Part shown: in pieces, positions 14,647 through 24,455 of the stretch
Layout: each line of letters opens with the position of its first letter
How positions within the stretch are numbered: position 1 is the stretch's first letter
Assembly: GCF_000018465.1 (NCBI RefSeq)
Contig: NC_010085.1
Coordinates: forward strand, 810,001-842,000
Reading direction: 5' to 3'
Source of the DNA: Nitrosopumilus maritimus SCM1
GTDB lineage: Archaea > Thermoproteota > Nitrososphaeria > Nitrososphaerales > Nitrosopumilaceae
Length of the DNA: 32,000 nt
Made by a program: the position numbers and the translations under genes
The notes under the pieces: generated by a model
What the model saw: the letters and a program-made list of their open reading frames with translations, nothing else
Database searches by the model: none
What the model was told of the DNA's origin: nothing

Positions 14647-17205
14647 ATGCAAGTCAACATGGAAGAAACTAAAAAAATAGAATCAATGCCGCCATCCATG
14701 TTAGTATCAGCTACATATGATAATAATTCAAAATCAGCAGTTTTAAAATTCTATGAACCAGAATCTCAAAAATTATTTTTGTGGAAAGATGAAATTGGTC
14801 ACAAACCATATTGTTATTCACGATTAGCTCCAGATGAATTAGATTTTCTTCAAGAAAGAGATGATGTTTTAGAAATCAAAACAACTCAAAGATATGATTT
14901 AATCAAAGATAAAGAAATTGACATGTCAAAGATTACAGTAGCAGATCCTCTTGCAATCGGAGGAACTGCAGGAGACAAGAGTATTAGAAATGTAATAGAG
15001 ACATGGGAATCAGACATCAAATATTATGAAAATTATCTATATGATAGAAAACTAATAGTTGGAAAATATTACGAAATCAAAGATGGGAAAATAGTATCAC
15101 ATGATCTTGAGATTTCTGATGAAGTAAAGATTGCTTTGAAGAGTTTGTTGTGGGATAAAGTAGATAGTGAAAGCATGGTAGATGCTGAAGGATTCAAAAA
15201 GTTTGTTTCAGAGTGGGCAGATTTGCTCAATCAACCTATTCCAAAAATAAAACGACTCAGTGTAGATATTGAAGTAGAAGCAGAGATTGGAAGAATTCCC
15301 GACCCAAAAATTGCCGAAAAGAAAGTCACTGCAATTGGATTGAAAGGTTCTGATGGATTTGACCAGATTTTTGTGCTCAAAACAGAGGGAACTGAACAAG
15401 GAACAAACGAATTGGACCAAAATATCAAAGTGACATTTTATGATTTAGACAAAGAAAAAGAGATGATTTATGATGCATTTAAGATAATCAAAGAATTTCC
15501 ATTTGTTGTAACATACAATGGCGATGAATTTGATTTACCATATTTGTACAACAGAGCAGAAAGATTGGGAATAAAGAGTTCAGAGAATCCATTTTACATG
15601 ATGAGGGATTCTGCAACACTCAAACACGGAGTTCATCTTGATTTGTATAGAACGTTTTCAAATAGATCATTTCAAATCTATGCCTTTAGTCAAAAATATA
15701 CAAATTTCTCATTAAATGAAGTTTCAAAGGCACTACTTGGAAAAGAGAAAATAGACTATGGATTAGAGTTTGATCAACTAACACTATACCAAACTGCAAA
15801 CTATTGTTATAATGACGCTCTGTTAACCTATGAACTTACAAGTTTTAACAGCGAATTGTTAATGCAACTACTTGTAATCATTGCAAGAATTGGAAGAATG
15901 CCAATTGACGATATTGCAAGAATGGGAGTATCACAATGGATTCGTAGTCTTTTGTATTATGAACACAGAAAGAGAAATTGTCTAATTCCAAAAAGACAGG
16001 AGCTTGAAAGAAGATCAGAAGGAGTAATGTCAGATGCAGTAATCAAAGATAAAAAATACAGAGGAGGTCTAGTTGTTGAACCAAAAGAAGGAATACATTT
16101 TGATGTAGTAGTAATGGACTTTGCAAGTCTATATCCAAGCATTATCAAGGTTAGAAATCTATCATATGAAACAGTCAGATGTCCACATGAGGATTGTAAG
16201 AGAAATGAAGTTCCAGGAACAAATCACTGGACTTGCTCAAAGAAGAACGGTCTAACATCCATGATTATTGGCTCACTAAGGGATTTGAGGGTAAATTACT
16301 ACAAGAGTTTATCAAAAAAAGAGACGCTAACTGATGAGCAAAGGCAGCAATACACAGTAGTCAGCCAAGCACTCAAGGTAATTCTAAACGCAAGCTATGG
16401 GGTAATGGGAGCTGAAATATTTCCATTGTATTTCCTTCCTGCAGCAGAAGCTACAACTGCAATTGGTAGACATACAATTCTAGAGACTATCAAAAAATGT
16501 GAATCTGCAGGTATTGAAGTTCTTTATGGAGATACAGACTCGTTGTTTATCAAGAATCCAACCAAGGAACAAATCCAAATTGTAATTGATCAAGCAAAAA
16601 AAGATCATGGTGTTGATTTAGAAATTGACAAGACATACAGGTACTGTGTACTTAGTAACAGAAAGAAAAACTATCTTGGAGTTACCAAAGAAGGAAAAGT
16701 AGATGTCAAAGGACTCACAGGAAAAAAATCACACACTCCGCCATTTATCAAAAAATTATTTTATGAATTACTTGATGTTTTATCTAAAGTTCAGACAATA
16801 GAAGATTTCGAGAAAGCAAAAAAAGAGATTTCTGAAAAAATTGCAACCTGTGGCAAAAAAGTAGAGGCAAAAGAGATACCATTAGAAGATTTGACATTTA
16901 ACGTAATGCTTAGTAAAGCTCCATCAGAATACACAAAAACAATTCCACAACACATACGTGCAGCAAAACAACTTGAAACTATACGAGAGATAAAGAAAGG
17001 AGACAGAATTTCTTACATCAAAATTCTAAACAAGCCAGGGGTCAAACCAGTGGAAATGGCAAAAAAAGAGGAAATCGATTCTAAAAAATACATGGAGTTT
17101 ATGGAATCAACACTTGAGCAAATCACATCATCAATGGATTTGGATTTTGATACAATTTTAGGAAAACCAAAACAGACAGGATTAGACGAATTTTTCTGGA
17201 ATTAG
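14647..17205 (+). CDS. polB: family B DNA polymerase
   Basis: Exonuclease motifs LSVDIEVE, YNGDEFDLPYL and YCYNDALLTYEL. Polymerase motifs DFASLYPSII, KVILNASYGVMG and YGDTDSLF. No intein. Confidence 0.95.
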   Translation: MQVNMEETKKIESMPPSMLVSATYDNNSKSAVLKFYEPESQKLFLWKDEIGHKPYCYSRLAPDELDFLQERDDVLEIKTTQRYDLIKDKEIDMSKITVADPLAIGGTAGDKSIRNVIETWESDIKYYENYLYDRKLIVGKYYEIKDGKIVSHDLEISDEVKIALKSLLWDKVDSESMVDAEGFKKFVSEWADLLNQPIPKIKRLSVDIEVEAEIGRIPDPKIAEKKVTAIGLKGSDGFDQIFVLKTEGTEQGTNELDQNIKVTFYDLDKEKEMIYDAFKIIKEFPFVVTYNGDEFDLPYLYNRAERLGIKSSENPFYMMRDSATLKHGVHLDLYRTFSNRSFQIYAFSQKYTNFSLNEVSKALLGKEKIDYGLEFDQLTLYQTANYCYNDALLTYELTSFNSELLMQLLVIIARIGRMPIDDIARMGVSQWIRSLLYYEHRKRNCLIPKRQELERRSEGVMSDAVIKDKKYRGGLVVEPKEGIHFDVVVMDFASLYPSIIKVRNLSYETVRCPHEDCKRNEVPGTNHWTCSKKNGLTSMIIGSLRDLRVNYYKSLSKKETLTDEQRQQYTVVSQALKVILNASYGVMGAEIFPLYFLPAAEATTAIGRHTILETIKKCESAGIEVLYGDTDSLFIKNPTKEQIQIVIDQAKKDHGVDLEIDKTYRYCVLSNRKKNYLGVTKEGKVDVKGLTGKKSHTPPFIKKLFYELLDVLSKVQTIEDFEKAKKEISEKIATCGKKVEAKEIPLEDLTFNVMLSKAPSEYTKTIPQHIRAAKQLETIREIKKGDRISYIKILNKPGVKPVEMAKKEEIDSKKYMEFMESTLEQITSSMDLDFDTILGKPKQTGLDEFFWN

Positions 17206-17213
17206 TGAATAAA

Positions 17214-17495
17214 ATGGAAGTTGATGGAACACTACTAACAATTCTAGGAGTAGCTGCAGGAATTTTAATTCTGACTGGATGGGTAGAGCAAATCTACAAG
17301 GGCTACAAGACAAAAAGTCTCAAAGATGTATCAAAATTTTTAATGATATTCATATCAGCAGGTGCAATTTTGTGGTTAATCTATGGAATAATAGTTGAAG
17401 ACGTATTCATCATTGGAACAAATCTAGCTGCAATTGCATTGATGATGATTGTACTAGCTATGAAGAAGACATATGATAAAAAATTAAGAAGTTAA
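17214..17495 (+). CDS. SemiSWEET / PQ-loop family small membrane protein
   Basis: About 93 aa with three hydrophobic helices. The loop WVEQIYKGYKTKSLKDVS corresponds to the PQ-loop motif with PQ changed to EQ, followed by ILWLIYG. The alternative GTG 17205 overlaps the polB stop by 1 nt. Confidence 0.75.
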   Translation: MEVDGTLLTILGVAAGILILTGWVEQIYKGYKTKSLKDVSKFLMIFISAGAILWLIYGIIVEDVFIIGTNLAAIALMMIVLAMKKTYDKKLRS

Positions 17496-17534
17496 ATTAA
17501 AGATTAAATACAATACAAGAAGGTTCAAAGAAAG

Positions 17535-18191
17535 ATGTTTGTTATTAATTGTAAAAACTATGAAGAGATTTCAGGTGAAAAGATTACTAAATTTGTAAAG
17601 ACTGCTGAAAAAGTATCAAAAAAATTCAAAGTAAAAATTGCAATTTGCCCACCTCAGCATTTGATTGGCGTTGTTGCAAACAGTTCAATTCCAATTTTTG
17701 CACAACACATTGATGATTCCAAAGTAGGTAGCACAACTGGATTTGTAATTCCAGAATTGTTAAAAAAATCCCAAGTAAATGGATCACTAATCAATCATAG
17801 CGAACATAGAATTTCATCAAAAGAGATCACAAAACTAGTATCAAAACTAAAAGAATTGAAGATGACATCAATTGTTTGTGTAAAAGATGTTGCTGAAGCA
17901 AGAAAATATGCAAAACTAAACCCAAATTATATTGCAATAGAGCCACCAGAGCTTATTGGATCAGGGAAAGCAGTGTCAACTGAAAGACCAGAATTAATTA
18001 CAAAAGCAGCAAATGCTGTAAAAAGTGCAAATAACAATACAAAACTTCTTTGTGGTGCAGGAATTGTTTCTGGACAAGATGTTTCAAAGGCAGTAGAATT
18101 AGGATCAAAAGGGATCCTTGTGGCAAGCGGCATTATCAAAGCAAAGAATTGGGACAAAATAATTTCTGAATTTGCCAAGGCATTAGTTTAA
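17535..18191 (+). CDS. tpiA: triosephosphate isomerase (short archaeal type)
   Basis: 218 aa. INCKNY, LINHSEHR, AIEPPELIG, GAGI. Confidence 0.9.
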   Translation: MFVINCKNYEEISGEKITKFVKTAEKVSKKFKVKIAICPPQHLIGVVANSSIPIFAQHIDDSKVGSTTGFVIPELLKKSQVNGSLINHSEHRISSKEITKLVSKLKELKMTSIVCVKDVAEARKYAKLNPNYIAIEPPELIGSGKAVSTERPELITKAANAVKSANNNTKLLCGAGIVSGQDVSKAVELGSKGILVASGIIKAKNWDKIISEFAKALV

Positions 18192-18218
18192 AAAGCCAAA
18201 AAATTTACGCATTCTTGC

Positions 18219-20882
18219 ATGGCAAAAACAAAACCAGTTTATGCATTTGAAGAGGCAGACAGCAAACAAAGAATGCTTCTAGGCGGAAAAGGAGCAGGAT
18301 TAAGCGAGATGACTCGATTAAAACTCCCTGTACCTCCAGGATTCACAATCACAACTGAGGTTTGTAACAAGTATTACGAAAACAATCGAAAGCTACCAAA
18401 AGACGTCATGCCATCAGTGATGAAAAACATTGAAAAAATTGAAAAAAAGACTGGAAAAAAATGGAATTCAACAAAGAATCCATTACTAGTATCAGTAAGA
18501 TCTGGCGCAGCAATTTCAATGCCAGGAATGATGGATACAATTTTGAATTTAGGATTAAATGAAAAAACAGTTGAGGGGTTAGCAACACAAACACAGAACC
18601 CACGTTTTGCTTGGGATTCTTATCGAAGATTTATCCAATTATTTGGAAAAGTTGTATTTGGAGTAAATGATGAAAAATTTGATCATGTGTTAGAGTCTGC
18701 AAAGACCAAACAAAAAGTAAAAGATGACAGTCAACTAAATGTAGAATCTTTAAAGAAAATCGTATCAGAGTATAAAAAAATCTGTGAAAAACACACAAAA
18801 AGAAAATTCCCAGATTCGCCTAATGAGCAATTAGGATTAGCAATTGAAGCAGTTTTCAAAAGTTGGATGGGAGAAAGAGCAATAGTTTATCGTGAAAAAA
18901 ATAACATTACAAAAGATATTGCAAATGGAACAGCAGTCAATGTTGTTACCATGGTATTTGGAAACATGGGAGATGACAGTGCCACAGGTGTAGTCTTTAC
19001 AAGAAATGGGCATAATGGTAAAAAGGAAATTGAGGGAGAATATCTAATCAATGCACAAGGTGAAGATGTAGTTGCAGGAGTTAGGACTGGAAAGAATGTT
19101 GCATTACTCAAAAAAGAGATGCCAAAATCCCATAAAGAATTATCTGATGCATGTTCAAAATTAGAAAAACACTTCAGAGAACCACAAGACATCGAATTTA
19201 CAATTGAACAAGGCAAATTCTACTTGTTACAAACAAGAACTGCAAAGATGAGTGCAGGTGCACTAGTAAAAACATCAGTAGACATGGTAAAAGAGAAATT
19301 AATTGATAAAAACAAAGCACTTACAAGAATTCCAGCACAACAACTTGAAGCATTACTCCACAGAACAATGGATGAGTCAAAACTAAAAAACTATAAACAA
19401 TTAGCAAAAGGAATTGCAGCATCACCAGGTGCAGCAAGTGGAATTGCAGTATTTGATGTAAAAAAAGCAATCGAGTTAGGAGAAGCAGGAAAGAAAGTAA
19501 TTCTAATCAGAAAAGAAACAAAACCTGAAGACGTTCCAGCATTCTTTTCATCAGAAGGAGTATTGACAAGTTTGGGAGGAAAATCATCTCATGCAGCAAT
19601 TGTCTCAAGAGGAATGGGCAAACCATGTATCGTAGGATGTGCAGAATTGAAAATTGATTATGACAAGAACACATGTACTGCAAACGGTAAGACCGTAAAG
19701 GAAGGAGAAGTTATTTCAATTAATGGTAGTGTCGGTACTGTTTTCATCGGAGAAGTTCCAACAGTAGAGCCAAAAGTAACTAAAGACTTTGAACAAATTC
19801 TAGATTGGGCACAAAAAACCAAGGTTCTAGGAATCAGAGCAAATGCAGATACTCCTGAGGCTGCAAAACTTGCTAGAAAATTCGGAGGACAAGGTATTGG
19901 ATTATGTAGAACAGAGAGAATGTTCAATGCAAATGACAGAATCGGCCTGTTTGTAGACATGATTATGGCTGAAAATGCCGAAAAAAGAGCAATAGTTCTA
20001 AAGAAATTAGGACAATTACAAAAAAGTGACTTTAAACAAATTCTAAAAGCAATGGAAGGATACGAAGTTACAATCAGACTATTAGATCCTCCACTACACG
20101 AATTCTTGCCGAACCCTGAAGAGTTATCAGAAAAAATTCAGAAATTAAAAGCAAAGAAAGCAACTAAAGAAATCAAAAAGGCTGAAGTAGTTCTAAAAAG
20201 AGCAAGAGAGCTTGCAGAAGTAAACCCAATGATGGGTCACAGAGGTGTTAGAGTTGGAGTAACATATCCTGAAATTTACGAGATGCAAATTCGTGCAGTC
20301 TTTGAAGCACTAGTTGATTTGACAAAACAAAAAGTAAAGGCACACCCACAAATCATGATTCCTCAAATCAGCAGTATTGCAGAATTGAATCATATCAAGA
20401 AAATTTATGACAAAATAAAGAAAGAAGTTGAAACTAAAAACAAGATGAAATTAAAAATTAACTTTGGTACTATGATCGAAGTAGTAAGAGCTGCATTAAC
20501 AGCAAATGAACTTGCAACTACTGCAGAATTCTTTAGCTTTGGTACCAATGACCTTACTCAAGGAACATTTAGTTTCAGCAGAGAAGATGTAGAAGGAAAA
20601 TTCCTTCCAGAGTACATGGAGAAAGAACTACTTGAAAGAAGTCCATTCCAATCAATTGATGTAAACGGTGTTGGAAGTCTAATTAAAATTGGAATTGATC
20701 ATGGTCGCGGAATAAGAAAAAATATGGAAGTTGGAATTTGTGGAGAACATGGAGGAGACCCTGATTCAATCAAATTCTGCCATGGCGCAAAACTAAGCTA
20801 TGTTAGTGCATCACCACACAGAATTCCTATTGCCATTGTTGCAGCAGCCCAGGCAGCAATTGAACAATCAAAGAAAAAATAA
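18219..20882 (+). CDS. ppdK: pyruvate, phosphate dikinase
   Basis: 887 aa. LGGKGAGLSEM, the phosphohistidine region GGKSSHAAIVSRGMGKPCIVG, and a C-terminal PEP-utilising domain with FSFGTNDLTQ. Confidence 0.95.
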   Translation: MAKTKPVYAFEEADSKQRMLLGGKGAGLSEMTRLKLPVPPGFTITTEVCNKYYENNRKLPKDVMPSVMKNIEKIEKKTGKKWNSTKNPLLVSVRSGAAISMPGMMDTILNLGLNEKTVEGLATQTQNPRFAWDSYRRFIQLFGKVVFGVNDEKFDHVLESAKTKQKVKDDSQLNVESLKKIVSEYKKICEKHTKRKFPDSPNEQLGLAIEAVFKSWMGERAIVYREKNNITKDIANGTAVNVVTMVFGNMGDDSATGVVFTRNGHNGKKEIEGEYLINAQGEDVVAGVRTGKNVALLKKEMPKSHKELSDACSKLEKHFREPQDIEFTIEQGKFYLLQTRTAKMSAGALVKTSVDMVKEKLIDKNKALTRIPAQQLEALLHRTMDESKLKNYKQLAKGIAASPGAASGIAVFDVKKAIELGEAGKKVILIRKETKPEDVPAFFSSEGVLTSLGGKSSHAAIVSRGMGKPCIVGCAELKIDYDKNTCTANGKTVKEGEVISINGSVGTVFIGEVPTVEPKVTKDFEQILDWAQKTKVLGIRANADTPEAAKLARKFGGQGIGLCRTERMFNANDRIGLFVDMIMAENAEKRAIVLKKLGQLQKSDFKQILKAMEGYEVTIRLLDPPLHEFLPNPEELSEKIQKLKAKKATKEIKKAEVVLKRARELAEVNPMMGHRGVRVGVTYPEIYEMQIRAVFEALVDLTKQKVKAHPQIMIPQISSIAELNHIKKIYDKIKKEVETKNKMKLKINFGTMIEVVRAALTANELATTAEFFSFGTNDLTQGTFSFSREDVEGKFLPEYMEKELLERSPFQSIDVNGVGSLIKIGIDHGRGIRKNMEVGICGEHGGDPDSIKFCHGAKLSYVSASPHRIPIAIVAAAQAAIEQSKKK

Positions 20883-20924
20883 TCCAGTATCATTTAATAG
20901 AGATTAATCATTACTAAATCTCAA

Positions 20925-21482
20925 ATGCTCCCAAATGTTGAATCAATAAAGCAAATGAGACAGAAATTAGGAATTACTCAGAAAAAACTTGCCAGCATGA
21001 CTGGAGTCAGTACATCTATGATTAACCAGATAGAATCAGGAAGAAGCCAACCAAGTTATGAAACTGCAAAAAAGATTTTTGAGAATCTATCAAATTTGGA
21101 GAGCAGATCATCATCTCACAAAGCAGGAGACTTTTGTAGTCAAGACATTGTAAAGCTAAAACCATCCAATACATTACATGATGCAATCAAAAAGATGCAT
21201 CAATTATCAATCAGTCAAATTCCAGTTTTTGAAGGAAAAGAGATAGTTGGTGTTGTATCTGAAGATGGAATTGTCAAACATCTTGCAGATGTAGGTGAAG
21301 CTGAACTAAAGAACGCAAAACTTGCAGATACGATGGATCCAGTTCCACCAATAGTCGACTTTGAAACACCAGCAAACGTTCTTGTTCCATTAATTAGATA
21401 TTCCAAATGTATTCTAGTTACAAAGAAATCAAAGATAATGGGAATTATCACCGCATCAGATACATTGAAAATGATGGAATAA
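20925..21482 (+). CDS. transcriptional regulator, XRE-type HTH fused to a CBS domain pair
   Basis: LGITQKKLASMTGVSTSMINQIESGRSQPS, then two CBS-like repeats (ISQIPVFEGKEIVGVVSEDGI ... ILVTKKSKIMGIITASD). Confidence 0.85.
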   Translation: MLPNVESIKQMRQKLGITQKKLASMTGVSTSMINQIESGRSQPSYETAKKIFENLSNLESRSSSHKAGDFCSQDIVKLKPSNTLHDAIKKMHQLSISQIPVFEGKEIVGVVSEDGIVKHLADVGEAELKNAKLADTMDPVPPIVDFETPANVLVPLIRYSKCILVTKKSKIMGIITASDTLKMME

Positions 21483-21493
21483 TTTTTCTGAAT

Positions 21494-21889
21494 TTATTTT
21501 GGATGAGCACAAAGTTCAGCCAAGACACCATGAAGGGATTTTGGATGAATAAAGGTAACTTTAGTTCCTGCAGAACCAGGTCTAATTTGTCCTAGAAATT
21601 GAACTCCACAGCCTTCCATTCTTTCAACTTCACCCTCAATATTGTCAGTTTCAAGTGCCATGTGATGTAGTCCTTGGCCTTTTTTCTCCAAGAATTTTTT
21701 AATTGGACTGTTATCATTTGTTGGTTGCATTAATTCAACACGACCGTTTTCCAAGTGAATAATTGCAACTTTGACACCTTCAGATTCAACTGTCTCAAAT
21801 TCTACAGAGTCAACACCTAATGCTTGTTGGTAAACTTTGGCAGATTCTTCAACATCATTTACGGCAATTGCAATATGATCAATCTTCAT
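21494..21889 (-). CDS. mce: methylmalonyl-CoA epimerase (glyoxalase/VOC fold)
   Basis: MKIDHIAIAVNDVEES...IELMQP...GQGLHHMALETDNI...FIHPKS..GVLAELC. The ATG directly abuts the mutase stop (TAGATG). Confidence 0.9.
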   Translation of the reverse strand: MKIDHIAIAVNDVEESAKVYQQALGVDSVEFETVESEGVKVAIIHLENGRVELMQPTNDNSPIKKFLEKKGQGLHHMALETDNIEGEVERMEGCGVQFLGQIRPGSAGTKVTFIHPKSLHGVLAELCAHPK

Positions 21890-23491
21890 CTAGAATACCT
21901 CCTTTGGACGATATTCACCAAATACTTCACGGAATGCATTACTAATTTCACCAGTAGTAGCAAAAGCTTTTGCAGCAGTAATAATGTATGGCATCAAATT
22001 CTCATCAGTCTCAGCTGCGCTTTGCATTGCAGACAAGGCTTTTTCCCACTTCTTTTTGTCTCTTGATGCACGTAATTGTTTTAGTGCTTTTTTCTGTTGA
22101 ATCTCAACTTTACCACCAATTCTAAGTAGTTCTGGTTGTTCTTCTTCTTCAGCATACTTGTTTACACCGACTAGGACTCTTTCACCATCATCAGTCTCTT
22201 TCTTTAAGCGATATGCGTTTTGTCTAATTTCAGATTGGAAGAATCCTTTCTCAATTGCTTTTACAGAGCCACCCATTTTCTGAATCTTCTTTAGATATTT
22301 CCAAACACCGTCTTCAATTTGGTCAGATAGCTCCTCAAGATAGTAAGAACCACCAAGTGGATCAGCAGTCTTTGTAATTCCACTCTCATGTGCTACAATT
22401 TGTTGAGTTCTCAAGGCTATTTTTGCAGATTCTTGTGTTGGAAGGGCCAATGCTTCATCTCTAGAGTTTGTGTGAAGAGACTGAGTACCACCGGCAACTG
22501 CAGCCATTGTTTGAATTGCTACACGGATAATGTTGTTATCAGGTTGCTGTGCAGTTAATGATTCACCGCTAGTTTGAGTATGGAATTTTAGTTGCAGAGA
22601 TTTTGGATTTTTAGCATTAAACATTTCTTTGAGAATCTTTGCATAGACTTTTCTTGCGACTCTAAACTTTGCAACTTCTTCAAAGAATTCAATAGTACAA
22701 CAAAAGAAGAATGACAAACGTGGTGCAAAGTCATCAATCTTTAGTCCTTTATCTAAACAAGTTTGAATGTATGCAATTGCATTTGCTAATGTAAATGCAA
22801 CTTCTTGTGTTGCAGTACATCCTGCTTCTCTCATATGGTAACCAGAAATTGATACAGGGTACCATGAAGGAACTTTTTCTGCACAATATCCAATCATGTC
22901 ACCAATTAATCTCATAGAAGGTTGTGGAGGATAGATGTAGGTATTTCTTGCAATGTATTCTTTTAGAATATCATTTTGAGTGGTTCCACGTAATTCATGA
23001 CTTTTGAATCCTTGAGATTCTCCAACTGCAATATAGTATGCAAGTAATGTTGATGCAGTAGAATTGATTGTCATCGAAGAGCTGACCTTTCCAAGAGGAA
23101 TGCCATCAAAGGCAGTCATCATATCTTTAATTGATGTAATAGAAACTCCAACCTTACCAACTTCACCTTCTGCTTGAGGAGCATCAGAGTCATATCCAAT
23201 CTGGGTCGGAAGATCAAATGCCATAGAAAGACCAGTCTGACCTTTTTCAAGCATGAATTTGAATCGCTCATTTGTGAGCTTGGCATCACCAAATCCAGAA
23301 TACTGTCTCATAGTCCAAAATCTATCACGGAACATTCCAGGGTGAATTCCACGTGTAAATGGATATTTACCAGAATCTTCTGAAGGTTTCTTCTTGGAAG
23401 ATTTTTGATAGATTCGTTTTACTGGAAAATTAGAATCAGTAAAGACTTTCTTTTCAGGTTGTTTTGATTTTGATTTTTTTGCTGCCATCAT
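21890..23491 (-). CDS. mcmA: methylmalonyl-CoA mutase, large (catalytic, substrate-binding) subunit
   Basis: 533 aa. FTRGIHPGMFRDRFWTMRQYSGFG and the TIM-barrel region. No B12-binding domain in this ORF. Confidence 0.95.
   Translation of the reverse strand: MMAAKKSKSKQPEKKVFTDSNFPVKRIYQKSSKKKPSEDSGKYPFTRGIHPGMFRDRFWTMRQYSGFGDAKLTNERFKFMLEKGQTGLSMAFDLPTQIGYDSDAPQAEGEVGKVGVSITSIKDMMTAFDGIPLGKVSSSMTINSTASTLLAYYIAVGESQGFKSHELRGTTQNDILKEYIARNTYIYPPQPSMRLIGDMIGYCAEKVPSWYPVSISGYHMREAGCTATQEVAFTLANAIAYIQTCLDKGLKIDDFAPRLSFFFCCTIEFFEEVAKFRVARKVYAKILKEMFNAKNPKSLQLKFHTQTSGESLTAQQPDNNIIRVAIQTMAAVAGGTQSLHTNSRDEALALPTQESAKIALRTQQIVAHESGITKTADPLGGSYYLEELSDQIEDGVWKYLKKIQKMGGSVKAIEKGFFQSEIRQNAYRLKKETDDGERVLVGVNKYAEEEEQPELLRIGGKVEIQQKKALKQLRASRDKKKWEKALSAMQSAAETDENLMPYIITAAKAFATTGEISNAFREVFGEYRPKEVF
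21897..21902 (-). promoter_or_regulatory. Shine-Dalgarno-like GGAGGT for the operon-internal mce gene
   Basis: The minus strand reads GGAGGT with a 7-nt spacer to the mce ATG (21889). It lies inside the 3' end of the mutase CDS and is complementary to the usual archaeal 16S 3' end. Confidence 0.5.
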
Positions 23492-23494
23492 ACA

Positions 23495-24412
23495 TCACTT
23501 TAACATAGATTTTGTAATCTTATCTCCTGCATCAAATGGGTCTATATCTTTTGATTGTAATTTCTTTAAATATTTTGAAAAGGTTTTATCAGAATCTAAC
23601 ATCTCATCAATCTTTTCTCGCACGTTATTTAAAACGATATCTTTTAGTTCTGTCTCTAATCGTTCTTGGTCCTTTTGTTTCTTTGATTTCTTTTTTAATG
23701 CCATCAAATTTTTCAGAGTCTTTGCAAATTCAGTGATTCCAGTATTCTTTTTTACCGAAGTCTTTAGAATTGCAGGATTTCTGTCAGAATCACCAATAAA
23801 ATCACGTACTGCATCAAAGAGTTGATTTGTTCCGCTAAGGTCACTCTTGTTGACAAGATAGACATCTCCAATTTCAGTCAAACCAGCTTTGATGGTTTGA
23901 ATACTATCACCCGTGTTTGGATTAAAGACTACAACTGTAATATCTGCAATGTTTGAAATTTCAACTTCAGTTTGTCCAGCTCCTACACTTTCAATAATAA
24001 TTGGATTAAATCCTGCATACTCTAAAACACGGATACTATTTCTAAGAGAACGTGAAACTGCACCAGTTGCACCACGAGATGCAATACTACGGATGTATGT
24101 TCCTGAATCAGTTGATTCAGTCATTCGGACTCTATCACCCAAGATTGCACCGCCAGTAACATGGCTAGTTGGGTCTACTGCCAAAACGGCAGGTTTTGTG
24201 CCTAGTTTTTTCATTGCCACTGCAGTTTTGTTTATCAGAGAACTTTTTCCAGCTCCTGCAGGACCAGTAATTCCAATAATAATAGAAGTTCCAGTATTTT
24301 TGAAAATTTTCTTTAAGAGTTTTTTTGATTCTTTTTGATCATTTTCTACTACAGTGATAGCTTTTGCAATTGCTCCACGTTTTCCTTTCTTTAAATCAAC
24401 AAGCAAATCCAA
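23495..24412 (-). CDS. meaB: MeaB/ArgK-type G3E GTPase (methylmalonyl-CoA mutase chaperone)
   Basis: P-loop GITGPAGAGKSSLI, ESVGAGQ and NKSD. TTG start at 24412, with a TATA-like element centred near 24439. Confidence 0.9.
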   Translation of the reverse strand: MDLLVDLKKGKRGAIAKAITVVENDQKESKKLLKKIFKNTGTSIIIGITGPAGAGKSSLINKTAVAMKKLGTKPAVLAVDPTSHVTGGAILGDRVRMTESTDSGTYIRSIASRGATGAVSRSLRNSIRVLEYAGFNPIIIESVGAGQTEVEISNIADITVVVFNPNTGDSIQTIKAGLTEIGDVYLVNKSDLSGTNQLFDAVRDFIGDSDRNPAILKTSVKKNTGITEFAKTLKNLMALKKKSKKQKDQERLETELKDIVLNNVREKIDEMLDSDKTFSKYLKKLQSKDIDPFDAGDKITKSMLK

Positions 24413-24455
24413 TACAAAGTAATCTTTAGAGGTGCAATAAAATCTTGTATGTGAT

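Noticed and set aside
18406-19960. Minus-strand ORFs 18406-18603, 18887-19216 and 19658-19960 inside ppdK
   Set aside because: They are antisense to an 887-aa PPDK gene with all hallmark motifs, so they are shadow ORFs.
23913-24338. 141-aa plus-strand ORF inside meaB
   Set aside because: It is antisense to the MeaB GTPase gene. Its Pro/Ala/Val-rich translation mirrors the G-domain codons.
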